Shown one piece after another: positions 10,779 through 21,450 of a stretch of DNA of 36,469 nucleotides. The DNA comes from Catajapyx aquilonaris. Lineage: Eukaryota. Location: positions 1-36,469 of the forward strand of contig KZ539014.1 in the NCBI GenBank assembly GCA_000934665.2, given 5' to 3'. The position numbers and the translations under genes are program-made. The first letter of the stretch is position 1. Each line of letters starts with the position of its first letter. The notes below the pieces were generated by a model. The model was given only the letters and a program-made list of their open reading frames with translations. It had not been told where the DNA came from and did no database searches.

Positions 10779-10979
10779 TCAAACTGACGGAGGAGGGTTG
10801 GCGGACTGGTACTTTTCAGGGTGAAGCAGCTCCAGGTAGAGTTCTGATTGGAGGAACCGGAGGTATGCATCCCGTTCCATCAGCCCCTGTACCCTCTTCT
10901 GCGCCTGGTCAAAGGTGTGCCTCGTGGGGTTGTTCAGGTTGGTCACGGTCACCTCTCTGGTTATGGAGTCCAGGTTCAC
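10779..10979 (-). CDS. Regulator of G-protein signaling (R4-like), last exon: C-terminal half of the RGS domain
   Basis: TATCAG|GTG acceptor (phase 0); VNLDSITRE...[26 protein letters not shown], then TGA. Retains the Asn of EVNLD used for GAP activity. Confidence 0.95.
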   Translation of the reverse strand: MNLDSITREVTVTNLNNPTRHTFDQAQKRVQGLMERDAYLRFLQSELYLELLHPEKYQSANPPPSV

Positions 10980-11060
10980 CTGATAAATTACAAGACATTA
11001 GTCACTGATTCAAAACTGGAACCATACTAGTGGTGGTAGTTGTGGTGGAATTGATCTCAC

Positions 11061-11224
11061 CTCTTTGGGTGCCTGTGCGACAATGTAGTCATTGTAGATC
11101 TTCTGCGCTTTGGAACCAATCTTGTTGGATCGAGCCTTCCTGAACTCCTCGATGGCCAACCAGAATTCGATGTTTTCTTCACTATACTCTCGTTGGAGGA
11201 ACGCCCTGAAGAGCGCCTGGCCAT
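11061..11224 (-). CDS. RGS exon: N-terminal half of the RGS domain
   Basis: TTACAG acceptor (phase 1); (Y)GQALFRAFLQREYSEENIEFWLAIEEF...KAQKIYNDYI...APKE; GAG|GTGAGA donor. Confidence 0.95.
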
Positions 11225-12854
11225 CTGTAAGGAAGAAGCACAAACATTGTATCATCACAGCCTTGACATTGTCCGGAATAGAAAAGTTGAGACATCATGC
11301 CCGTCATTGCATCGATCACGTATTTAAAGAGACTCTGAATTACTCAAGAGGGCTAGACAAATATAGCAAGGTTAAGGTCGTATTCGACTCTTATAGATCC
11401 AGACGATGACGACAGCTTCCGTAGCGCCATATACCCTATGCATTTATTCGCTATTGTCGCACGTTTATCATGCGGACACGGTGTTCTGTTCCGATTCAGC
11501 TCTTCGCATTGTGTAAGACGCATTCATGCATGCGATTTTCTCAGGTGACACCATGACGGATAGCCGGTGGCCAAGGACATAATTAGACTTCGTTCTGAAC
11601 TTTCGCTGCTTTTGAATTTCCCCGCCTTATTTTGTATAGCAGCTGCTGCTCCCAAAATACATCCGCGATTGTTTCCTCACCGGCTGCATTCTTCTACATT
11701 GCCCTCCAGACTTTTACAACTGACTATTTACGTCGGAAGAGCTTATGACGTCGGTTATTGTGAGGCACTCCTCTTAGCAGCCAGCAAGGTCGCATCTTTT
11801 GCACTTCAGGCCAGGGGAAGATTGGCACACAATCAGCATTTGTTGTACCGACGCGCTTTTGCCATTGCGGAGATTCCGGAGGAAATTGTAATTAGCAGCT
11901 TCCTTTCGAAACATGCCATCAGTCAATATCCGGACTGGTACATGCCACGCGTCAGGCAACCGATTGTTATAAATCACTCAGCCGGAACAATAGTATGCGC
12001 AATAAACGTCATCTGTGTGTGTCGCGACGCAAAAAAAATTGTCAGGCAATTTTATTATGTAGTTTCAGCCTTGTGACCTAAGGCAAGGACGCGAACTATA
12101 GTCCTTCCATGGTTGTTCACCTCTGCGGCAAAAGTTACTTTCAAAGTAATATTTTTTTCCTTCCAGGTAAAGCCTGGGTAAATATATTTAGCGGCTCTTT
12201 CTCCGGGTTAATACGTGTCAGATCGGATCAGTCACGATTGAGGTTCACCTTGAGTTTCGCGGTTTATTTGAGCAAAGTCATCAGTCTTATGTAACCCCAA
12301 ACTGTACTATATAGCCCCCTATGTTTTCGGCCATCAAAATGGCGAAGGTCGATCACGTCCAATCTGATGTTGAATATTGCAATAAGAAAAGCCGGCGCTA
12401 TATCACTATCAAGTGACGTCCCATAGCTTCCGGACCAGTTCCCCAATCGTTCGATAGGATATCAAGATTTATTCCCGATGACGACGGCCTCGTGACGTAA
12501 GAGGAAGGTGGAGGTCTCAGGAAGGAAATTAAGATTACCGGTAGTGTCACCCGAAAGATCCTTGCTATAGCTTTCACCTTTGAGAATCCTGGGCAACTTT
12601 GACCCGGTAACCTACTTGCCACCTCATTTCCTGCACCACCAAAAAGAAGTGGCCATAACAAAAGGAGACTACGCGACAATAGGTGGGTTTCAGTTACGTC
12701 TGCCCTCATCTTCTCCTGTCCTTGCTCCATATGTTTCATCGCGCGAGAAAATGTGCTTGAAGTTGTAAAAGGTTATCGATTTAAGTTAAAGTGCTTCTCG
12801 AGTACACACTGTAGTTCAGGAGAATTTATGGACCGGATTTAACAACACACTTAC

Positions 12855-12988
12855 ATTTGGATGCCATCAGGTCGGTGAAGGAATGGGACCACTTCTTGGC
12901 CTCTTCGGGCTGTGGCCTGACTGACGATATTGTTGAATCGGTGTGACGTCGGCGGAGGAAGCCCAGTCGGAGCTTCATATCCGAACCT
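12855..12988 (-). CDS. RGS common exon 2: amphipathic/basic helix and start of the RGS domain
   Basis: TTTTCAG acceptor (phase 2); GSDMKLRLGFLRRRHTD...PQPEEAKKWSHSFTDLMASK; T|GTAAGT donor. Resembles RGS4 DMKHRLGFL and RGS3 DMKNKLGIFRRR. Confidence 0.92.
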
Positions 12989-13145
12989 CTGAAAATAACA
13001 AAAAAAATATCAGTTAAACCATGTGCCAACATTTCCAAGGCTTGCAATCCATGGCCGGCCTTGCCAACAATTTGACAATAATGAGGCATCTTTAAAATGT
13101 CGACCCTGAACCACTTATAAATTCCGGTGCTCCCATAATACTCAC

Positions 13146-13186
13146 AGGTGCATCACCGCTGTGCTCGAGGTATCGGATCTACACAT
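13146..13186 (-). CDS. RGS alternative first coding exon 1b: MCRSDTSSTAVMH(L), giving a 179-aa isoform
   Basis: ATG with A at -3 and an in-frame TGA 11 codons upstream; CT|GTGAGT consensus donor; phase 2 matches exon 2; MCR start and spacing to DMK resemble RGS4/5/16. Confidence 0.75.
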
Positions 13187-14019
13187 AATCGGGCGAGAGG
13201 ACACTCTGTACCAAAGTCAATGTCTATCACGTGGTGCACAGGACACTACAACAGACCACGACTATTCTGTGCAAATGTCCGCCACTATCTGCGTCGTCGT
13301 TCGTCGCTGCACCAAAACATACCCCACCGTTACCTTTGGCCTTTAGGTACGGGAGACTCGCTATTGGTTCGGTAGTGGATGCTGCGAAAGGGGTGGAGAG
13401 ATACAGGCGGGGGAGGAGGGGGGGGGGGTAAGTTTAAAGCATCGATCTAGGGCCCCGGGATGAGGTAGAGGGTGGGGGAGGTCTTCTAATTTTGGAGGGT
13501 CTCTTTAAAAACACATACACCCCACCCCTTCCCGAGTCTAGGTACCCACTACTATTAGTATAAATAGACAGTTCTCTTGTCCCTAGCAGACTCCGGTAGC
13601 CAAAAACTGCAAAGGTCATGGATTGCGTGCGGGTGATGCCGTCGCGGGAAATTTCGAAATAGTTTGGAACAGTCGCGGGCAGGTGGAACCACACGTATTT
13701 TGGCGGGCTTTTTTCAACTGACGGGTTTACATAAGTGTGATTCATTCCGTAGTTGCTTTAAAACTGACCAATTTCGACTTGTCTTTTGAGATAAACCAGA
13801 CATAACCCCTGCTGTAGTTTTCAAGGACTGACCGCCCTCCAAGCCTGACTTTTTTTTTACCGCCTTCTTACACGGACACACCTTGTTTACTGGCTATCCT
13901 TGAAAGCCTCCACAGACGGAAGAAGTTTCAAAGATAATTCTTCCGCTGTTGTATTGGCCAACAGCCCACCAGCAAAAATTCCCCGCTTGATTGTTTTATT
14001 GAAGGAAAATTGGTCTCAC

Positions 14020-14150
14020 CTGAAGAGCTTCTCAACTTTGGATCTGAACTTGTGCGACTCTGGAGACGAGTCCTGAAGAAGATTATCGAGAGAACTGAGG
14101 ACACCGCGAGATGCCTTGCTTCCCTGTCGAGCCTCAGTGGTCTGGATCAT
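14020..14150 (-). CDS. RGS alternative first coding exon 1a: MIQTTEARQGSKASRGVLSSLDNLLQDSSPESHKFRSKVEKLF(R), giving a 209-aa isoform
   Basis: ATCATG start with an in-frame TGA 5 codons upstream; 131-nt open frame; CAG|GTGAGA donor; phase 2 matches exon 2. Confidence 0.78.
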
Positions 14151-14259
14151 GATGACAGCGTCTCACTGGATTGTTGACTTCCCTTAACTAGCGATTAACT
14201 CAAAAAAGTGTAGTTGGCTACAGTGAACTCGAGCGTGCTCACTCTCTCTGTACCGAACC

Positions 14260-14335
14260 GTTTCTGAATCCAAGGCACGCTACCCCCCTGCTATTATACC
14301 GCGAAGCCACGATATAGAATGGCGCACATGCGCAG
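14260..14335 (-). promoter_or_regulatory. Candidate core promoter of RGS exon 1a
   Basis: TATAATAG (14298-14291) about 33 nt upstream of an Inr-like TCAGAA (~14267-14262); NRF1/Ewg-like TGCGCATGTGCGC at ~14334-14322. Confidence 0.5.
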
Positions 14336-16424
14336 TCTTTTGCGTGCGAGGAAACCCTATCCTGTGCCTCATGCACCCCCTCGAGACTCAGACCCTATAA
14401 CATACACAGTGTTATCGGCTGTATCTGGAATTTTGCGAACCTTCTTATCATAACATTGGTAGGCGTGATGTCAATGGTATGTCCCGTACCGTCAAACGAA
14501 ATGCGGTTTTTTTCATATAGAGACATCAATATTCGGTGTCGTTTTGCAGTCGATTGAATATTCAGTGGTAGGCTAGGTAATGGAAAATCGGGCCGAAAAT
14601 TATTAAGAAGCGAGGTCATATTTTGTTATTAATAACTGCGCATATTCGAAAAAGTATTGCGGGGAAAAGGATTTCCTTACTTGGTAAGATAGGATTAAAA
14701 CGGGCATTCTTGAGATGTGATGACATATTTTAAATGTTAAACAACGCCGAGGGTAATTTTCCTATCAGAAAGAATCCCCTCATTTTAATATTTTGTACAT
14801 GTACCGGTTGCATGCTGTATATGCATTGTAAATATGAACACGTTGCGTAATTGCACGGCGGTCGGGAAAAATAAGAGTAAATATTTACTTTTCTTATATT
14901 TTGATTTCAAGGCGTGAAACTGCAACACACGCAATGACTATAATTATATGACTACGAAAACCTGCAAATATTGTAAAACAAACGTACCGCTTCTAGATAC
15001 TAACAAATGCTCGTTAAGAGATGAAAAAAATGAAAATTAATACTGTGGATGTTGCGCTGCTGCATATCTAATTTAATCAGGTCATAGGCCACCGGAAAAA
15101 CTATTGGTCACGAGTCATACTACACATAGTCCACGCCATCCAAAGAAGTTCCTGATTCATCCATGCAAAAAGTAGGAGATGATGAAACCACATTGCCCCC
15201 ATGGGGGCGTTATATGAGTCGAGGTGATTCAGAAAATGATATTGGAAAGGTCGGGATGTTAGCAACAAACTATAGTCTCTTCCTTCCCTGTGTATCTATC
15301 GGGGCGTTGGTTATAGATCTTCACCTGCACTAATGAGCAGGAGGGGTTCGCCTGGTTGGGAAATAATTGATAGCTCCTATACTCCTAAGTATCGTATTGC
15401 TAATTGAGGTCACTAACTGTAACATAAGTCTTCCGAAGGACAAACTTTTAGAATAGATCGGTTATCTGGTTATAGCATTTTTTTTCAATTTTCCAGCAGT
15501 TTCATGTCATAACTGTTGCAGCCTCATGTGCAATACTTGGATTAATATAGGCAAAACCTACGACAATATTTTATTGATCGGCTATTTTTAAGAGTACTCA
15601 TATCCTTATTAGTATCCTACGTCTTACATTTTGTGTCCTTGTGGTTTTTAGATCACATATATGCATTCGAAGCATCCTGCTGACACCAAGTTTAGCAATA
15701 CTAACCGGATCATTTCAATTTCCAAATTACACCCAGTGGTCCTATAAGCAGGCTCATACCATAATGTCATCACAGGGGCTGACCTTAATGGAAATGGGAT
15801 ATCCTTGACTTTCAAGTGCGGCACTGTTTACTGGACAATTAACAAGGCTGAATGCCATCTATACGTAATGACGTCCGGAAAAGTGACCCACGTATACTCT
15901 CATATTAATGAAGAAGTAAAAGCGTCACGACTAATTATGTCCGCTAGGTCAGTCCTTATCTCCACAACGTAAATAAGCCAAAAAATTCTGAAAGTGACGA
16001 TCATAGTATGATGTAGAGTGTGTACAATCGGCGGATATGATGTGCGAAAACCGCATGACGCAATCCGCACCCACAGCTTGTTCCGTCCAGTAACTTTTGC
16101 TTTAGAATGCGTCTAACCATGCGTCTAACAAGCCTCCCAAAAAATCTGGCCATACGTCAACAGCACAAAGTTGGGACACCTTACTGAGAAGAATCAGATA
16201 ATTCGCAGGCTGACGGGTAATCAGAAGAGCAGCCAAGGAGAAAGGCTCCTTTGAGGCTGGAACTTTTATGCGATGTTTCTTCACCGGAAAAGTGGAGCGT
16301 AAGGTTCCTTCCGTATACTAGAGGTCAACAAACGCTATTTTTTAAACTAGTTTCAAGTATTGCTGGAGGTGCCAGAATTTCGGAGAACTTTAGCTTGCGG
16401 AGGAGTCACCCTATTGTTAATTAG

Positions 16425-16456
16425 GTTTTCAATAGAGTGGGTTTTCAATAGAGAGA
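16425..16456. repeat. 16-bp tandem duplication GGTTTTCAATAGAG(T/A)G
   Basis: Direct reading. Confidence 0.8.
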
Positions 16457-19400
16457 ATCGACCGTACAAGTAGGGTCGTGTTCTTTTTCATACGGTTCTG
16501 ACATTGACTGTTTGCGAGGGCTTTAACCCCGGTTTGTAACCTGGGTCAAGTATCATTGCGTGGGTGGAAATACCCACTTACTTGTGCATAATAGCGACTA
16601 ATCCTCAAGTCCTGTTTGGTATTTCGGGCAATCAGCTGGAGCTGACATCAACAATATTAGTGTCAAGGTAGTTTAGAAAATATGTAATATACCTGAGATG
16701 ATTAAGTGGGATTAGTTTATTACATGAGTTGATAGTGAGGATTTGAGAAAATAGAGCCCCATCCATCATACTGCTCTAATCTGGGTAACGGGAAGATTTG
16801 ATATAAAAACTTTTTGTTACTTGGGAAATAAGTTATTGTTAGCTCAGATTCGGGTTGTAACAAAGCATATGAGTCATGGAAAAACCACTACGCGTGTCCT
16901 CATTATAGAAAGTGCAACTGTTACAGGTAGAATGTGGAGCATCTGACCATAAGTTGCAAACGAGCCTGCAGGGGTATCAGAAAGTATATCCAGGAAAAAA
17001 TTGCGTAACTTTACCTTGAAATTTGAAATCCAATAGGGACGTCTGACTTATTAAAAACCAGATTTCAAATATTCATATTCACAGTCAATCTCACTGGGAA
17101 TTTGCGCCATTATTACTGCACGTGTCCAAATATTTGCATGCACTGTAACGATTACTCCGAATTTTGGCGACTTTGTGTCACATTGTATGAGATGACACGT
17201 GCGGACCAGGGTAATGCGATATCCACGAGCTAATGCGGTTGCTGGTATGTACCAAATTGATGTCACCTCATGCCCTTTATGGTTTTCATACAAGGATGTT
17301 GCAAGCACACTGTATCCCGGATAGAACCGAAATTAGGTCTCCTATTTATGATAATGGAACCTTTGTAATATTAACATCCATCCGAACCTGCCCTTTAAAA
17401 AAAATTATAACCCTGACCTATACACGAGGTTTGCATTTAATGAATAACTGGAGGTAAATGAAATTATCAATATGTTGCTAGCGTGGGTTCTAAAAACCCC
17501 TTTGGGTATATAAGAGTAATGATCCTACGTCCGTCGCAAATGTCATCTCCGTCAAACGATTCAGAGTCACCTGTGCGAATTACACAGGTACACACATTAT
17601 GTGAATAAGAGATGAGGTGGTTATTTGTACATAGCTATTTTTAGAGATGTGCAGGGTCTTTCGGGGTTATTATTTTCAGTCACCCCGGTCGTTATCCAGA
17701 TTAGGATTTTGTGGAGCAAACATCAAAGGTTTTTCGGAGGTTTCCAATTGCAACTAATGGGATTTACCATCAGGAAATGGATTGAGAGTCTCATTAACTT
17801 TTGGCGAAATTCGCTGACACCGGTTGACACTGTCGGAAACTGCAAACACCTAGTGTCAATTACCGGAGGAGTCAATAGATTCTGAACATATTATAAGGGC
17901 ACTCGGTTCAAACGCTTTTATGCGGATAGAGGTAACTGACTCTATGAAAAAAATTGGTGCCGACCTATCAGGTAAATGTGATATTTTTTCTCCACTGATA
18001 TCATTTTGAAGTGATGACAGATGGGATTTATTATGCAATTGTGGTAGGGTATGGCCGTCACGATCCTTGATAAGAAAGCTGCTGGACGGCCAAGTGAAGC
18101 CCTCATCAAGGCCGCAGGGTGTCCTTTTCAATAGAAACTCACGGTACAAATGAAGCTATTGAGGGAACTTTTGCCGTGAATGACGCAACGACGATTCACG
18201 TGCATCACGCCTGCAGCAAGTGATCAGTATCCATGGAAGATATCAGATGACTGAACCCTGCTGGGCCGGATAGCTATACATGTATATGCGTATATGAATC
18301 ATTCCGTCATGGATATATGCATCAATAATATCAAAATGCCCGCAGCTGGCATACCACGAAGACACGAGATCGATTCCATATGGCGCAATGAAACGTCATT
18401 ATTTTGCGTCATTGATGTGTCATCCTCACGATCTGTTGAATGGCCTGAAGACATCCGATGACTGGAGCTGATGTATTATAGCCATCAGGAATGAATGGCA
18501 CAGCTTGTCAATTAGCATGGGAAGTACTTTTGTTTCATATACTACACATATCATTGTAGCTTTTACCGCCAACAGCATTGTAACTGACGTCATTTAGTCG
18601 GATTAAATTTACCAATTTTGCATATCGGGATTTATTAATGAACACGTGACGCCATAACCTGGTATTGAGTTCCGTCAATGTTAATGTATTGAGTGCGTAA
18701 TTACGGATATGTTAGTTTGCAGTAATGAAACTTGCACACAAATTGTATCAATGATCGCGGCATCATTTTTTGGATTATCAGCCTATAACATGCAAGTTCC
18801 AATATGCTGGCATATACACTCTTCATATTCGGTTTGGGGAAACAATATCCAGAGACCCGTATGGTATTGCGTTATTTTCAACTGTCACAATAGTGTGACA
18901 AGTCTAACAAGCTCACAACTAGTGTTCACCGATGTGTTAAAAATAATGAAGCTGAGATGGATGATGCATGTCATAGAAGAAATGATGAATAACGACCGGA
19001 AGTCTGGAAGTGATGAATGTCTGACTTTTTCATTAAAGTCGAAATGATTTTCTAAACAAGAAGACACCTGCGATGTTAGACCTACGTACTTACTGTATTA
19101 CAAGTTGATATGGCAACACCAGTTCGATCAAAATAATCTATCTTGCAACAACCTGGCTATAGACTGAAACGGGCACAAAAAGTGTACTTGAAGTACTAAA
19201 ATAGGATTCGAGTGACGAATGGGAAGGACAGCGACCACACCCATCTCTCTTCACCAGGGGTCATTCAACAGCGGCATAAATAGCACACACGCCCCTATCA
19301 TACTCTGTCATCATCTATTGTACTCATCTCCAACCTGTTTATCTCGATTTGTCCTTAGGGCTCCTCAGCAGGTTTCTAGGAGCATTGCCGCCGATTGAAG

Positions 19401-19822
19401 CGGACCACCTACAGTCTCCGCGTCTTTTTTTTTAAACATTTCTAACCAGATTTTTCAAGATCTATTCCTGGAAGCCGGTCCTCGTTAGGGCAGGTCAGTG
19501 ATCTTAACAGGATTTGACGACAGTTATTTTAAATCCTTCACCGTCGGTGACGGAAGTCGTTGGTGGATGATGTTGGGAAGCAGCCACGTTGACACAGCGT
19601 GATCTTATCTTGCAAAAATGGCACAAGAATCAGCAAAGAAGCCCCCAACTTATTAATTATCTGGATGGATTACTGCAATTTGTTGGGGGTTGCCTGCTGC
19701 TTCAAAGGTGAAGTCAAGGAGCAATCATTTATGTTGTGGCCTTGTTATAATCCCTGCTGCCCTTTAGGGGTCGAATTACAATCAGTTACTGGAAACTGGC
19801 TATGGTGTTGCTATGGCATGCA

Positions 19823-19900
<78 letters not shown>
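19823..19900. repeat. (AAT)26 microsatellite
   Basis: Perfect 78-bp run; could be a retroelement tail, but no parent element was recognised. Confidence 0.97.
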
Positions 19901-19901
<1 letters not shown>

Positions 19902-21149
19902 GTTGGCGTGGCTTTCTTGGAATTCTACCGTTTCCTCCTACGAGGTTACTATGCACCTTGCAAATAGCCGATTTGCTGAAACAACTTAAGCAATAATAAG
20001 CCTCCTTTTTAAAAACACATCCAAAACAAAAGTAAGAGACTATAAGTCAGGAATTTTATTATACATCACAAAATATGATTTGTTGTCCCTTGAATGTTGC
20101 TAAATAAATTGTCTGACCTTGGCCTGATAGTCAGCATTATTGCGCTCAAAATCCCCTGATCTTTTTGCCATGATCATCTCTTTTCTGAACTTGAAAATAG
20201 CACTACAAACTACTTGTACGATCATCTGATCTGTTTTTTTTAAAATTAGCAGAGATTAGGCAAGTTTTATGGCATCTTATTACCTATAATACACTACATT
20301 TAGAGTTGAAATTATCGAGAAACTGCTACCCACATATCGATAAAAATATGGCAAAAAATCCGACCTTTACTTTTCTAAGAAATGTACAAAAGGCTGTTAA
20401 GACGTAAGGTTTCTCTGCGTTAGGCGGATGAAAAGAGGGGAAATGTAATCCGCTTTAGTATCATGCAGCTTTATAAGGTAAGGTCACAGTCCTATAATTT
20501 AATTATTATTTCCAAGTTCTGTAAATATATTTACAAAGACAAGCCCACACAAAGGAGCTGAACACATATAATTCCCTCCAATATTTGACGCATTGTATTC
20601 AGCACCGGCAACATTTAGTCGCGCAACAGTTCCCTATGAATTGAACATAAGCAAGTTTACAAGTCAGTGACACTGATACTGACGTTTACGGAATGTAAAT
20701 TGGCTATCATTTGAACTCCTTCTGACCTGTCTCTTAGTGCAAGCACCTTGTTATGGATCATACTACGAACGTGGAGACTAAATTACTCCGGGATTAGTGG
20801 TATCTCCGATGCTGTCAATCAGACATGAGCAACCCACGAATTAAGGAGGGATCAAAATAGACTTCCCCATGAAGTGTTTTTGTAACTCAAGTTTCCTATA
20901 GGACAATAACGAGCAGCATATGCGTACAGTACACAGAGGTAGGTGTCAAAGCACCTTCTCTCATCATGTCTCTATAGAAACAACCAGAGGGCAAGGCCCC
21001 AGCCTGTGGGCATTGGCACTCTCAGTTTCCGACACCAGAATCTCTGACCGTAAATGGTCTCAGTTACCTTTCCTCATTTCGTGGTGGAGATAAGGGTACA
21101 ACTTGTGTCTATTCAGTTACAACAACAATGTGTGCTGGAGTCAGCTTTA

Positions 21150-21450
21150 GAAATGGCTGAATATTCCCGCATGTCTTAGTGGAATGATAAGGGTGGTGTA
21201 TTGGTTTTAGAGCCTGGGCTAATGGAATTAAGGGTCTTTGATGGCGTCAATGAAGCGCGAGTAGGGTCTATTAATAACGGCTTCAATTTCAGCGCACTTT
21301 AGTGTCAGGTCATTGAACTCATTAAAATTGTTACAAAAAGAGTCGTAATTGTCTAATGCATTCTGGTTGAGGATGGCGTGCTAAAGCTGACACTTTCTTG
21401 CGTCAGGTGTGTCAGATTTTAGATGAAAAGTGAGAGTCAGTTTCACGCTG
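21150..21450 (-). mobile_element. Possible decayed LINE ORF2 fragment
   Basis: Stop-interrupted coding-like frame LTLTFHLK...*HAILNQNALDNYDSFCNNFNEFNDLTLKCAEIEAVINRPYSRFIDAIKDP*, loosely like the post-endonuclease linker; no diagnostic motif. Confidence 0.25.

Noticed and set aside
10731..10781. Stop-codon readthrough of RGS adding GQDTEEEAKQEGTSP
   Set aside because: The TGA-G context is not readthrough-prone, and the purine-rich simple sequence explains the short open frame; conservation data would be needed.
11567..12076. 169-aa plus-strand ORF in an RGS intron
   Set aside because: GTG start, no recognisable motif, antisense to the RGS intron.
13148..13427. Plus-strand antisense exon bounded by CAG and GTAAGT
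   Set aside because: The apparent acceptor is the reverse complement of the exon 1b donor, has a poor pyrimidine tract, and no frame looks coding.
19599..19996. Poly-Ile and poly-Asn ORFs
   Set aside because: Translations of the (AAT)26 microsatellite.
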